Shown: one piece after another, positions 17,932 through 27,466 of the stretch | Layout of the letters: each line of letters opens with the position of its first letter | How positions within the stretch are numbered: the first letter of the stretch is position 1 | Assembly (NCBI GenBank): GCA_029210875.1 | Contig: JARGFJ010000002.1 | Location: 5,689-69,688, forward strand | DNA length: 64,000 bases | Direction of reading: 5' to 3' | DNA from: Gammaproteobacteria bacterium | GTDB lineage: Bacteria > Pseudomonadota > Gammaproteobacteria > Nitrosococcales > Methylophagaceae | The notes under the pieces: model-generated | What the model was told of the DNA's origin: nothing | Databases searched by the model: none | What the model saw: only the letters and a program-made list of their open reading frames with translations | Made by a program: the position numbers and the translations under genes

Positions 17932-18840
17932 ATGCTGCAAGGTATAGCAGTATTTGCAATGCAAGGACGATGGCAAGCTGCCCTCGCGATTGCACTGTTT
18001 TCGTTAGCAGCTTTGATGTTACCACCACTTAGTTATATTGCGAGTGGTGTTATCGCGCTCTCTACCTTGCGTATGGGACCGAAAGAAGGAATTACAGTTG
18101 TTGCGGCAGCAACGGTGATATTAACGTTAATCACTGGTTTATTGCTCAATAAACTGATGATATCTGGATTGTTTTTGATATCAAGCTGGTTGCCTATGTT
18201 AGGCATCACTTTGGTATTAGGTTATACCCGGTCGCTAGCAGTGAGTTTATTGGCTGCAAGTGGACTAGCAATTGTATGTGTGTTCGGAGCTTATTTAGTT
18301 TTACCGAATCCAGCACAATGGTGGCAACAAATGATGACACCATTTTTTGATGTAGTGACTCAGCAAAAAGGCTGGACACTAGATCAGACACAGACACAGG
18401 CATTGATAGTAGAAATGTCATCAATGATGACAGGACTCATCGCTGCCGGTATCAGTATGAATGTGATGTTGGGTTTATTGATTGGGCGAGCATGGCAGGC
18501 AAAACTGTATAACCCGGGTGGGTTTGCAACTGAGTTTCGAAAGCTTAGGCTAGGGAAACCGGCGGCAATGTTGACAGTTGCGGTAATAGCAGTAGCAACA
18601 TCACCTTTAAGCGAGAGCTTGATAGTGATACGTGAATGCTTACCAGTACTGTTGGCAGTGTTTGCATTGCAAGGTTTATCAATTGCACATGCACTTGTTA
18701 AACAACAGCAAAAACGATCATTTTGGTTAGTAGCGATGTATGTGCTACTTGTCGTGATGATGCCACAAATGGTGGTATTACTCGCGGTGATAGGTGTTTT
18801 GGAACAATGGTTAAATTTTCGTAAACATTCAATTGAATGA
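17932..18840 (+). CDS. polytopic inner-membrane protein of unknown function, embedded in the rpsF-rpsR-rplI operon
   Basis: 302 aa with at least 7 hydrophobic segments. No recognisable motif. Sits between rpsR and rplI. Confidence 0.6.
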   Translation: MLQGIAVFAMQGRWQAALAIALFSLAALMLPPLSYIASGVIALSTLRMGPKEGITVVAAATVILTLITGLLLNKLMISGLFLISSWLPMLGITLVLGYTRSLAVSLLAASGLAIVCVFGAYLVLPNPAQWWQQMMTPFFDVVTQQKGWTLDQTQTQALIVEMSSMMTGLIAAGISMNVMLGLLIGRAWQAKLYNPGGFATEFRKLRLGKPAAMLTVAVIAVATSPLSESLIVIRECLPVLLAVFALQGLSIAHALVKQQQKRSFWLVAMYVLLVVMMPQMVVLLAVIGVLEQWLNFRKHSIE

Positions 18841-18888
18841 TGCGAGTGACTTTAAGAGCAGTATTACACTGCGAATGAGGGTAGAACG

Positions 18889-19437
18889 ATGCAAGTAATT
18901 TTGCTAGAAAAAATGCAGAAACTTGGTAATCTTGGCGATGAAGTATCAGTGAAAGCTGGTTTCGGTCGTAATTTCCTGGTACCAACAGGTAAGGCATTGC
19001 CTGCAAACAAGCGTAACCGCGAAGTGTTTGAAGCACGTCGTGCGGAACTTGAAGCGGCAGCAGCCAAACTACAAGCTGAAGCAGAACAACGTAAAGTCAA
19101 ATTGGTTGCAGCCGGTGATGTTAACATCATGGCTAACGCTGGTATTGAAGGTAAATTGTTCGGTTCAGTTGGTGCGTCAGATATTGCTGATGTACTTAAC
19201 GCTGCAGGTGCCGATGTCGAACGTAATGAAGTCCGTCTTCCTGAAGGCCCATTACGTCATACTGGTGAGTATGATATCGATATTCAATTGCACTCAGATG
19301 TCGTTATCACTGTTAAAGTGAACATTACTTCTGAAGCTCAGCTCCAGGCACAAGCTGAAGCTGCTGAAGCAGATAAAGCACGTATTGCTGCTTTGGATGA
19401 AGCTGAAGCAATTGCCAAGGCGCAAGAACAAGCTTAA
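18889..19437 (+). CDS. rplI: 50S ribosomal protein L9 with an Ala/Glu/Gln-rich C-terminal tail
   Basis: '[32 protein letters not shown]'. At 182 aa it is about 33 aa longer than typical L9. Confidence 0.93.
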   Translation: MQVILLEKMQKLGNLGDEVSVKAGFGRNFLVPTGKALPANKRNREVFEARRAELEAAAAKLQAEAEQRKVKLVAAGDVNIMANAGIEGKLFGSVGASDIADVLNAAGADVERNEVRLPEGPLRHTGEYDIDIQLHSDVVITVKVNITSEAQLQAQAEAAEADKARIAALDEAEAIAKAQEQA

Positions 19438-19452
19438 AAAAAGAAAATCATA

Positions 19453-19488
19453 GAGCTGTAATCGTAATGACTACAGCTCACATTTTTC
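19453..19488 (+). terminator. rho-independent terminator after rplI
   Basis: Stem GAGCTGTA / TACAGCTC with an 11-nt loop, followed by CATTTTT. Confidence 0.6.
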
Positions 19489-19653
19489 TATTTAGTTAAA
19501 GGTCACGTTAGTGGCCTTAGCTGTCTATACCTGTGGTCATTGGATTTGCTGTTTTTCTAGTGTGTGTAATGGGTGTGATAGCAAGGCATATTAGTGATGT
19601 AATAGTCATGCTATTGCTCACTAAATATAACGCCGATAGCGCGGTCAGTATGT

Positions 19654-21132
19654 ATGCTACAAATCTGTAAATTCATTGATTACGGGTATATTAACGATGG
19701 AATCATTTGGGTGACGACTGTTGTGGATGATGATTTAGACTACTATCCTGACTCCTATAGAGATACTGCTACGGAGGCATTAAAGGTGCCGCCACATTCA
19801 ATAGAAGCTGAGCAATCTGTGCTTGGTGGTCTGATGCTTGATAACAGCAGCTGGGAAAAAGTCGCTGATTTATTAGTCGATCATGATTTCTATCGCCAGG
19901 ATCATCAACTGATCTTTCGTGGCATTGCTGATTTATTCGAACATTCACAACCTGTCGATGTTATTACCTTGGCAGAGTGGCACGATAAGCGTGGTGAATT
20001 AGATAAAGTTGGTGAACTTTCTTATCTGGGTACTTTAGCCAGAAACACACCAAGTGCGGCAAATATTCTGGCTTATGCATCTATCGTGCGTGAGCGTTCA
20101 ATTTTGCGTCAACTGATTGCTATCGGCACATCAATTTCAAATTCTGCATTTAACCCTGAAGGTCTTAGCAGTGAAGACATGCTGGATATGGCTGAGCGTA
20201 AAGTGTTTGAAATTGCTGAAAAAGGTGCCAAACGTAGCGGTGGCTTTGTTCAGGTTAAAGAAGTATTAGGCAAAGTTGTTGATCGTATTGATACTTTATT
20301 TGAACAAGATAGTCCGATTACCGGCTTATCTACCGGATTCACTGATTTTGATCTGCAAACATCGGGTTTGCAACCTGCTGATTTAGTTATTGTGGCGGGG
20401 CGACCTTCCATGGGTAAAACCACATTTGCAATGAATTTGGCTGAAAATGCAGCCATTAAAAGTAAACAACCTGTTGCAGTATTCAGTATGGAGATGCCAG
20501 CTGATTCATTGGCAATGCGGATGTTATCTTCATTAGGTCAAATTGATCAGCATCGGTTGCGTTCAGGTCGCCTTAATGATGATGACTGGCCACGTTTAAC
20601 CTCAGCCATTGCCTTATTGAACGAAGCCCCTTTGTTTATTGATGATACACCGGCACTTACCGTTACTGAATTACGTGCACGTGCACGCCGCTTAAAGCGT
20701 GAACATGGTCTAAGTCTGATTGTAATTGACTATATTCAGCTAATGCAGGGTAGCAGTGGTAAGGCTAGTGAAAACCGCGCCACTGAAATTTCGGAAATTT
20801 CGCGATCATTGAAATCCTTGGCTAAAGAGTTGGATGTACCTTTGATTGCGTTATCACAGCTTAATCGAAGCCTTGAACAACGGCCTAATAAACGACCTGT
20901 TATGTCCGATTTACGTGAATCGGGTGCGATTGAGCAGGACGCCGATTTAATTGTCTTTATTTATCGTGATGAAGTCTATAACGAAGATTCACCGGAAAAA
21001 GGCAAAGCAGAGATTATTATTGGTAAACAACGTAACGGTCCTATAGGTACTGTAGCGTTGACTTTCCAAGGTAAATACACACGGTTTGATAATTTTGCAT
21101 ACCAAAACTATGACGATTACGGTGATGATTAA
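19654..21132 (+). CDS. dnaB: replicative DNA helicase DnaB
   Basis: 'PPHSIEAEQSVLGG', Walker A 'GRPSMGKTT', 'IDYIQLM' and 'SQLNRSLEQR'. The true start may be an internal GTG near 19711-19723. No intein. Confidence 0.9.
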   Translation: MLQICKFIDYGYINDGIIWVTTVVDDDLDYYPDSYRDTATEALKVPPHSIEAEQSVLGGLMLDNSSWEKVADLLVDHDFYRQDHQLIFRGIADLFEHSQPVDVITLAEWHDKRGELDKVGELSYLGTLARNTPSAANILAYASIVRERSILRQLIAIGTSISNSAFNPEGLSSEDMLDMAERKVFEIAEKGAKRSGGFVQVKEVLGKVVDRIDTLFEQDSPITGLSTGFTDFDLQTSGLQPADLVIVAGRPSMGKTTFAMNLAENAAIKSKQPVAVFSMEMPADSLAMRMLSSLGQIDQHRLRSGRLNDDDWPRLTSAIALLNEAPLFIDDTPALTVTELRARARRLKREHGLSLIVIDYIQLMQGSSGKASENRATEISEISRSLKSLAKELDVPLIALSQLNRSLEQRPNKRPVMSDLRESGAIEQDADLIVFIYRDEVYNEDSPEKGKAEIIIGKQRNGPIGTVALTFQGKYTRFDNFAYQNYDDYGDD

Positions 21133-21134
21133 AC

Positions 21135-22223
21135 ATGTCATTGCAACCAATTGCCTATATTGATCTAGCCGCACTTCAACACAATTTTATGCGAGTAAAA
21201 CAACTCGCACCATGCAGCAAGATAATGTCGGTAATCAAAGCCAATGCCTATGGTCATGGCATGGTTGAAGCAGCTAATGCGTTGCACGTAAGTGATGCCT
21301 TTGCTGTGGCACGTTTGAGCGAGGGCATACACCTTCGTCAAGCTGGCATTACCCATCCCATTGTGTTACTCGAAGGTATTCATTCAGTTTCGGAGCTGCA
21401 TAGTGCTGCTGACAACCAACTTTCATTGGTATTTAACAATCATAAACAAATTAGTCTGTTAGATGACGTTACATTAGCTACACCACTTACATTTTGTTGG
21501 GTGATGATTGAAACGGGTATGCATAGACTAGGTTTTGCTGAAGCAGATATCGACCAAGTTGTTAATTGTCTTAGCAGTAATGCCAATATTTCTGGCGCAC
21601 CAGGTTTAATGAGTCATTTTGCTAATTCTGACTTGGTTGGTGACAAGCGAAATCAACAACAACTAGACGTGTTAACAATATGTTGTCAGCGACTAAATTT
21701 AGACACCAGCATGGCAAATTCAGCAGCGATTTTGTCTTATCCTGACAGTCATGGTGATTGGGTGCGTCCAGGTATTATGCTGTATGGTTCATCGCCCTTT
21801 GAGTCTCAAACAGCACTAGAGTTAGATCTAAAACCAGTGATGAGATTGCTGTCTGCGATCACGGCAATAAAAACTGTCAAATGCGGCGATCAAGTGGGTT
21901 ATGGCGGTGATTGGATCGCTGATAAAACAACTCTAATCGGCATAGTCAGTATCGGTTATGGCGATGGTTATAGCAGGCATTTATCAAATAATGGACAGGT
22001 CTTAATCCATGACACCGTTGTCAATGTATTAGGTCGGGTTTCTATGGATATGATTGCCATTGATTTAACCAATTGTACGGAAGTAGAAATAGGCGATGAA
22101 GTGGTTTTATGGGGAACAGATACAGTATCTATCGATCATATTGCCCAGCAAGCAGGAACGATTTCTTATGAGTTACTGTGCCAGTTAACTGAGCGTGTAC
22201 CAAGGGTGTATAAACATGGCTAA
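21135..22223 (+). CDS. alr: alanine racemase
   Basis: The PLP lysine motif 'VIKANAYGHG', and 'YELLC' near the C-terminus. The dnaB-alr order matches E. coli. Confidence 0.9.
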   Translation: MSLQPIAYIDLAALQHNFMRVKQLAPCSKIMSVIKANAYGHGMVEAANALHVSDAFAVARLSEGIHLRQAGITHPIVLLEGIHSVSELHSAADNQLSLVFNNHKQISLLDDVTLATPLTFCWVMIETGMHRLGFAEADIDQVVNCLSSNANISGAPGLMSHFANSDLVGDKRNQQQLDVLTICCQRLNLDTSMANSAAILSYPDSHGDWVRPGIMLYGSSPFESQTALELDLKPVMRLLSAITAIKTVKCGDQVGYGGDWIADKTTLIGIVSIGYGDGYSRHLSNNGQVLIHDTVVNVLGRVSMDMIAIDLTNCTEVEIGDEVVLWGTDTVSIDHIAQQAGTISYELLCQLTERVPRVYKHG

Positions 22224-23607
22224 AGTTAAACGCAGTTATCGCTGTAAAGAATGTGGTGCTCAGACGCCTCAGTGGGCCGGACGTTGTTCTGATTGTGGTG
22301 CCTGGAATAGTTTGGAAGAAGAAATTGTTAGCTCAAATTCCGCCACTAATCAGGCTACGATTAGCCGTCATACTGGCTATGCTGGCGAACAAAAAAGTGA
22401 AGTGCAAGCATTAAGTCAAGTTACATCAGAACAAGCTATACGCTGGACGACTGGCCTGGAAGAATTAGATCGCGTGCTTGGTGGTGGCTTAGTCACGGGG
22501 TCAGTAGTGTTAATTGGTGGTGATCCGGGCATCGGTAAATCAACCCTACTATTACAAGCCATGGCCAGTATGGCTAAACGTTCTGGTGTTAATCCGCTTT
22601 ATATAAGTGGCGAAGAATCGTTACAGCAAATTCGTTTGCGTGCCGAACGTCTGCAATTAGAACAAGCGCCTTTAGATCTATTAGCTGAAACCCATGCCGA
22701 ACAAATGATTGCGACCGCTCATGCCCGTAAACCGCAAGTGATGGTAATCGATTCGATTCAGACTGTTTTTACCGAGTTATTGCAATCTGCTCCTGGCACA
22801 GTGGCGCAAGTACGTGAGAGTGCGGCTCAATTAGTTCGCTTTGCCAAGTCGAGTGGCACAACGTTGATATTAGTTGGTCATGTTACTAAACAAGGTGCAC
22901 TTGCTGGTCCACGTGTGTTAGAACATATGGTGGATACCGTACTGTATTTCGAAGGTGATACTTCTACTCGTTTCCGCATATTACGCGCTGTCAAAAATCG
23001 CTTTGGTGCAGTCAATGAGCTTGGTGTGTTTGCGATGACGGAACTCGGTTTGAAAGAAGTCAGTAATCCATCAGCCATTTTCTTATCCCGTGGCGAAACA
23101 TCATTGGCAGGTAGTGTGGTCACGGTGATTCGTGAAGGCAGTCGCCCCATGTTGGTTGAAGTGCAAGCCTTGGTTGATGATAGTCCTTTGGGTAATCCGC
23201 GACGGGTGTCCGTGGGCTTGGAACAAAATCGTCTGGCAATGTTATTAGCGATATTACATCGTCATGGCGGCATCACCTGTACCGACCAAGATGTATTTAT
23301 TAATGTAGTGGGTGGTGTTAAATTAAGTGAAACAGGGGCTGATCTAGCAGTATTGGCTGCTGTTTTATCAAGCCTACGTAATAAAACGGTACCGCGTGAT
23401 TGGATCTTATTTGGTGAAGTGGGCTTAACCGGTGAAATTCGACCGGTACAAGCAGGCGAAGAACGGATTCATGATGCAGCCAAACACGGCTTTAGTCATG
23501 CGATAGTGCCGGCTGCTAATGCACCGAGAAAATCAATTAAAGGTATTAACGTTATTGCAGTTAAACATCTATCTGATGCGATTGATGCCTTAATGAATCA
23601 GACTTGA
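22216..23607 (+). CDS. radA: DNA repair protein RadA/Sms
   Basis: Zinc finger 'YRCKECGAQTPQWAGRCSDCGAWNS', Walker A 'GDPGIGKST', 'KNRFG', and a Lon-like C-terminal domain. The ATG at 22216 overlaps alr by 8 nt. Confidence 0.93.
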   Translation: MAKVKRSYRCKECGAQTPQWAGRCSDCGAWNSLEEEIVSSNSATNQATISRHTGYAGEQKSEVQALSQVTSEQAIRWTTGLEELDRVLGGGLVTGSVVLIGGDPGIGKSTLLLQAMASMAKRSGVNPLYISGEESLQQIRLRAERLQLEQAPLDLLAETHAEQMIATAHARKPQVMVIDSIQTVFTELLQSAPGTVAQVRESAAQLVRFAKSSGTTLILVGHVTKQGALAGPRVLEHMVDTVLYFEGDTSTRFRILRAVKNRFGAVNELGVFAMTELGLKEVSNPSAIFLSRGETSLAGSVVTVIREGSRPMLVEVQALVDDSPLGNPRRVSVGLEQNRLAMLLAILHRHGGITCTDQDVFINVVGGVKLSETGADLAVLAAVLSSLRNKTVPRDWILFGEVGLTGEIRPVQAGEERIHDAAKHGFSHAIVPAANAPRKSIKGINVIAVKHLSDAIDALMNQT

Positions 23608-23967
23608 TAATTCACGATGTAATAAATCAGGATCGCCTAAGTTCAATTCTACCAATCGTTTTAAGTGAGTAATGCTATCAAGATCGATATGCTCACAAAT
23701 AAAACCGATACTGTGGTCATCAACATGAGCTACGGCAGCTAACATTTTAATAACAAGCTCGCCATTCTCAAGTAGTAAGTCTACTTGAAATTTATCATCA
23801 TATAGGCCTTGCCATCCCTCAGGTTTGCTCACTAGAATTCCTTTTAACGAAACATCTAAAACATCGCAATTCAAATGCATTTCACCTTTTTCAGCAAGCA
23901 GGTGGGCTTGAGCATGAAAAGGGATACGACAGAATTGTCGACGTTCATCAGGCTTATTATCTGACAT
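23590..23967 (-). CDS. PilZ-domain c-di-GMP-binding protein
   Basis: Both PilZ motifs are present: 'RRQFCR' (RxxxR) and 'DVSLKG' (DxSxxG). GGAGG RBS before the ATG at 23967. Confidence 0.8.
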   Translation of the reverse strand: MSDNKPDERRQFCRIPFHAQAHLLAEKGEMHLNCDVLDVSLKGILVSKPEGWQGLYDDKFQVDLLLENGELVIKMLAAVAHVDDHSIGFICEHIDLDSITHLKRLVELNLGDPDLLHRELSSLIH

Positions 23968-24027
23968 GGCAACCTCCATTTTGAGATACACTGATACTAA
24001 CATTTTTTGATTTAGTAGGAGTGATCA

Positions 24028-24453
24028 ATGTTGTGGGTTAAAGCCTTTCATATAGTGTCGATGGTAACTTGGTTTGCAGCCTTATTTTATTTGCCAAGAT
24101 TATTTGTCTATCATGCGATGTGTGATGATGAACCTGGCAATGAGCGTTTTAAAATAATGGAAAGAAAGTTATACCGCGGCATTATGACACCAAGTGCAAT
24201 TGCAACCTTGGTATTTGGTTTATGGTTAGCCAGTTACTACAACATGGAAACCTTGGCCTCAATGCATTGGTTACATGCAAAGCTGACACTGGTTTTGTTG
24301 TTGTTTGGCTACCATGGTTATTGCGGCAAATTAGTTAAACAATTTGCTCATGATGACAACCAGCGCAGCCATGTTTTTTATCGTTGGTTTAATGAATTAC
24401 CGGTTTTAATTTTAATTACGGTAGTGATTTTGGCTGTTGTTAAACCGTTTTAA
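24028..24453 (+). CDS. hemJ: protoporphyrinogen IX oxidase HemJ
   Basis: 141-aa protein with 4 TM segments. 'KAFHIVSMVTWFAALFYLPRLFVYH' is the HemJ (UPF0093) signature. Confidence 0.8.
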   Translation: MLWVKAFHIVSMVTWFAALFYLPRLFVYHAMCDDEPGNERFKIMERKLYRGIMTPSAIATLVFGLWLASYYNMETLASMHWLHAKLTLVLLLFGYHGYCGKLVKQFAHDDNQRSHVFYRWFNELPVLILITVVILAVVKPF

Positions 24454-24472
24454 TTAGAGTTTAACAACAGCC
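24432..24472. terminator. 13-bp-stem hairpin at the hemJ 3' end, between convergent genes
   Basis: GGCTGTTGTTAAA / TTTAACAACAGCC with a 15-nt loop. No clear T-run, so a terminator role is tentative. Confidence 0.35.
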
Positions 24473-24487
24473 AGGAGAGGAGTAGGT

Positions 24488-25063
24488 TTAGTCAGTGTAT
24501 TCGAATATTTTAACAACACGTTGTACGCCGGATGAACTAGACACAATACTAACGACTCTATCTGCTTCAGCACGACTGACTAAGCCCATCAAATAAACGA
24601 CACCATGTTCGGTCACAACTTTAATAAAGAAAGGATCAATGGCCATATCTGTTGTTAGTTTGGCTTTGATTTTTGATGTTATCCAAGCGTCACTTGAGCG
24701 TGATGGTAAGGCGCTGGGAGCCGCAATCAACAATTCATTATGAACACGTCGTACTTTCGGAATACGCTTGATTTCAGCTGTTATTTGTTGTTTAAGTTCA
24801 TCAGTTAATGTTTCACCTGTTACTAAAACAACACCGTTGTAACTGGTTATATTGATGTGGCTTTGATCATAAATAGTTTTGTTATTGAATAAGGCATGAG
24901 ATGCTTTAAATTCAATGCCTTGATCGTCAATCACTGCACCAGTTGTGCGTCGATCATGCAAGACTGAAGCACCGGTTGCCGCTCCTGTAACAACGGCAGT
25001 GGCACAGCCCTGCAAGGTGATTAAGGTTACCATTAAGATAAACGTTAATTTAATTTTTGACAT
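24488..25063 (-). CDS. dolP: dual-BON-domain lipoprotein (DolP/YraP-like)
   Basis: Lipobox 'LQGC' and two BON-like repeats. Synteny with yraN-lpoA-rsmI. Confidence 0.75.
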   Translation of the reverse strand: MSKIKLTFILMVTLITLQGCATAVVTGAATGASVLHDRRTTGAVIDDQGIEFKASHALFNNKTIYDQSHINITSYNGVVLVTGETLTDELKQQITAEIKRIPKVRRVHNELLIAAPSALPSRSSDAWITSKIKAKLTTDMAIDPFFIKVVTEHGVVYLMGLVSRAEADRVVSIVSSSSGVQRVVKIFEYTD

Positions 25064-25125
25064 GATATTTCCCAAAAGATTGAACGCTAATTGCACATAG
25101 CTAAAGTTAAGATATTAGGTCATTG

Positions 25126-25485
25126 CTACCCAAGTTGAAAAGCATCTTTGATCCAAATTATCTCATTTTGTGATGCACTAGGGTTAATTGCAACCACGTC
25201 AAAGCGATAACTGAAATAGGATCCTGAATGTTGTTGTAAAAACACCTGCGCTGTATGAATGATACGTGTCTGTTTTTGACGAGTAACACTTTCTATTGCG
25301 CTACCATAGGTAGCCGTCTTTCGAAAACGTACCTCAATAAAAATCAAACACTTGCCATCAGTCATTATCAGGTCAATTTCACCCTGGCGACTATGAAAAT
25401 TTTGGCTGACCAAACTCAAACCTTGTTGTTTGAGATAGCTTAACGCCTGTTGTTCAAAATCCTTTCCAATATGATGTGAGTCCAT
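25126..25485 (-). CDS. yraN: YraN family (UPF0102) endonuclease-like protein
   Basis: 119 aa. 'GEIDLIM...LIFIEVRFR' is the YraN core. Sits next to lpoA. Confidence 0.8.
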   Translation of the reverse strand: MDSHHIGKDFEQQALSYLKQQGLSLVSQNFHSRQGEIDLIMTDGKCLIFIEVRFRKTATYGSAIESVTRQKQTRIIHTAQVFLQQHSGSYFSYRFDVVAINPSASQNEIIWIKDAFQLG

Positions 25486-25500
25486 TCAATACTCTTTGTA

Positions 25501-27372
25501 TTACTGGTTAGTGATCGCTATTGGTTTGATAAAGCCATTTTCAAAAGTAGCGGGTAACATTTTACGGTTAATCTGACCGTTTTCATTGATCGATAGTTCG
25601 CCAGTTGCCCCATTAAATGTGGTTGATGGTGAGCGGCTGAGTCCATTTAAATTAGGGATAAGACGATATGCATCTGCCCCCAGAGCATAAAGTCGAACAA
25701 TGCTGTTAAAGTTTGTGTCTTTATTAGTGCTTAAAGCCAAATAAGCAGGATCGCTCGCTGCTGATTGTTCAAATATCCAGGGAATATCATTAATCTTAAG
25801 ATCATTAAGATCGATATCTTGTTGGCTATTGGCAAAGCCAGCATAGGCATGTGATGTTGCAATAATAGGCAAACTGCCAGAACGATGAAATTTTAGTTGA
25901 GGCATTAATTGTCTGGCCTTAGATGAACGCGCAATCAGGAAAACAAAATCAATATCTTGGCGGCGACGAGGCTCAAATTCTAGTGATTGCCCCAAGCGCT
26001 GTTTTAAAGCCTGATAACGTTGTTGACTCGCATCTAATCCGAATAACGAAGTGATAGTCGTAGAAAAATCGTTGTCAGATTCCTGATAAAACGCTTGTTT
26101 TAAGACCGTGCCACCATTTGCTATCCAGTGATCACTAAAGGTCGATGCAATGCGGTTACCCCACTCATTTTGTGGCGACAAGATAACTGCACGACTATAG
26201 CCTTGATTTAATGCAAAATCGGCGGCAGTGGTTGCATCATCCTCAGGAGCTAAACCAAACTGGAATAAATTGTTTTTATGAATCGTATTGCTGACCCGGT
26301 TAAGTGCGAGCACTGGAATATCCAAGGTATCGGCATCAACCAAAGCTTGAATTGACTCCTTGCTCAACGGCCCGATAACAATGCTTGCCTGCATCGCTAT
26401 CGCTTGCTGATAGCGTTGCCAAACATTACTTTGTCCGGTTCCAGCATCGGTTTCGACATCTAAAAAGTGTAATTTAGTCGGTGTGTTTTGCGAATAATGC
26501 GCTGCGATAATACCTTGTTTAATTGCTGCTGCTGCTTCGGCATAGGGACCTGTTGAGGGCAGTAAAACAGCAATATCAGCAAGTTGTTGGGGAAGTTGCG
26601 TACCCGATTCAATACTTTTTTGATAAAGCGCAGGATCGGCAGGATGATTGGGATAATTACGTTTCCAGTCTTCAAGCGCAACAAGGAGTGCTTCGGGATT
26701 GTTTTGATAAGCAGTAATGGCATATGCAAGTGCAAACCAGCCACTATCAACAGCAGGAGGTATGCCTGGATTAAACAAATCCAAAGCTTGTGGTGTCAGT
26801 GATGTCAACGCTTGCCAAAGATCGACTTGATTTTGAACTTGCTGATCATCAGGTAATAGTTTGGCTAAGGCAAGATGACTATTGGCTTTTTCTAACCAGT
26901 TTTCAGTTATTTGATACGCATTGGCACGTAAGGTTAGGACTTGAATCGTTTGTGCTTTGCTTGCTTTATTTAAGTCGACATTGGCAAGTGAGGTCAGACT
27001 TTGTTCGGTTTGTCGTCTAAATTGCGCTATTTCTGCTTCCAAAATAGCAGCATCAATCTGCTGCGCGGCACTTAATACTTGACGCTGTACTTTACTTAAA
27101 CTATCTGACGATAACAGCTCGTCTTTTGCCTGCCAAAAAGCAAGGGCAGCACGTAAATAAGATTGCGCTTGTAGTTGACCGACTGTTGATGTTGCGAGTT
27201 CAAGATAGAATTGACCAGCAGCATTGTAATCACCTGATTGTTCAGCAATAACAGCCTGTGCTTCTAATGCGGTATCTGCCGTTGTCATACGAGTAGGGTC
27301 GCTGACCGGGCCACAAGCATTCAGAGTCAGCAGCAACACAGTGACAAAAATAAGACGAATAGATAACTTCAT
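25501..27372 (-). CDS. lpoA: penicillin-binding protein activator LpoA
   Basis: Lipoprotein signal 'LTLNAC'. TPR-like N-domain plus a periplasmic-binding-protein-like C-domain. Divergent from rsmI, as in E. coli. Confidence 0.8.
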   Translation of the reverse strand: MKLSIRLIFVTVLLLTLNACGPVSDPTRMTTADTALEAQAVIAEQSGDYNAAGQFYLELATSTVGQLQAQSYLRAALAFWQAKDELLSSDSLSKVQRQVLSAAQQIDAAILEAEIAQFRRQTEQSLTSLANVDLNKASKAQTIQVLTLRANAYQITENWLEKANSHLALAKLLPDDQQVQNQVDLWQALTSLTPQALDLFNPGIPPAVDSGWFALAYAITAYQNNPEALLVALEDWKRNYPNHPADPALYQKSIESGTQLPQQLADIAVLLPSTGPYAEAAAAIKQGIIAAHYSQNTPTKLHFLDVETDAGTGQSNVWQRYQQAIAMQASIVIGPLSKESIQALVDADTLDIPVLALNRVSNTIHKNNLFQFGLAPEDDATTAADFALNQGYSRAVILSPQNEWGNRIASTFSDHWIANGGTVLKQAFYQESDNDFSTTITSLFGLDASQQRYQALKQRLGQSLEFEPRRRQDIDFVFLIARSSKARQLMPQLKFHRSGSLPIIATSHAYAGFANSQQDIDLNDLKINDIPWIFEQSAASDPAYLALSTNKDTNFNSIVRLYALGADAYRLIPNLNGLSRSPSTTFNGATGELSINENGQINRKMLPATFENGFIKPIAITNQ

Positions 27373-27466
27373 AGATTTATATCGGATAGTGGATAATAGT
27401 GACAAACATCTTACCTGTTCGCGTATATTACGACCAGAACTCCGTGATTGATTATAGGTTAAACGT

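Noticed and set aside
19028-19321. 97-aa ORF in an alternative frame of rplI, and the minus-strand ORF at 18864-19130
   Set aside because: Both overlap the clearly identified L9 coding frame. Their composition is typical of off-frame translation.
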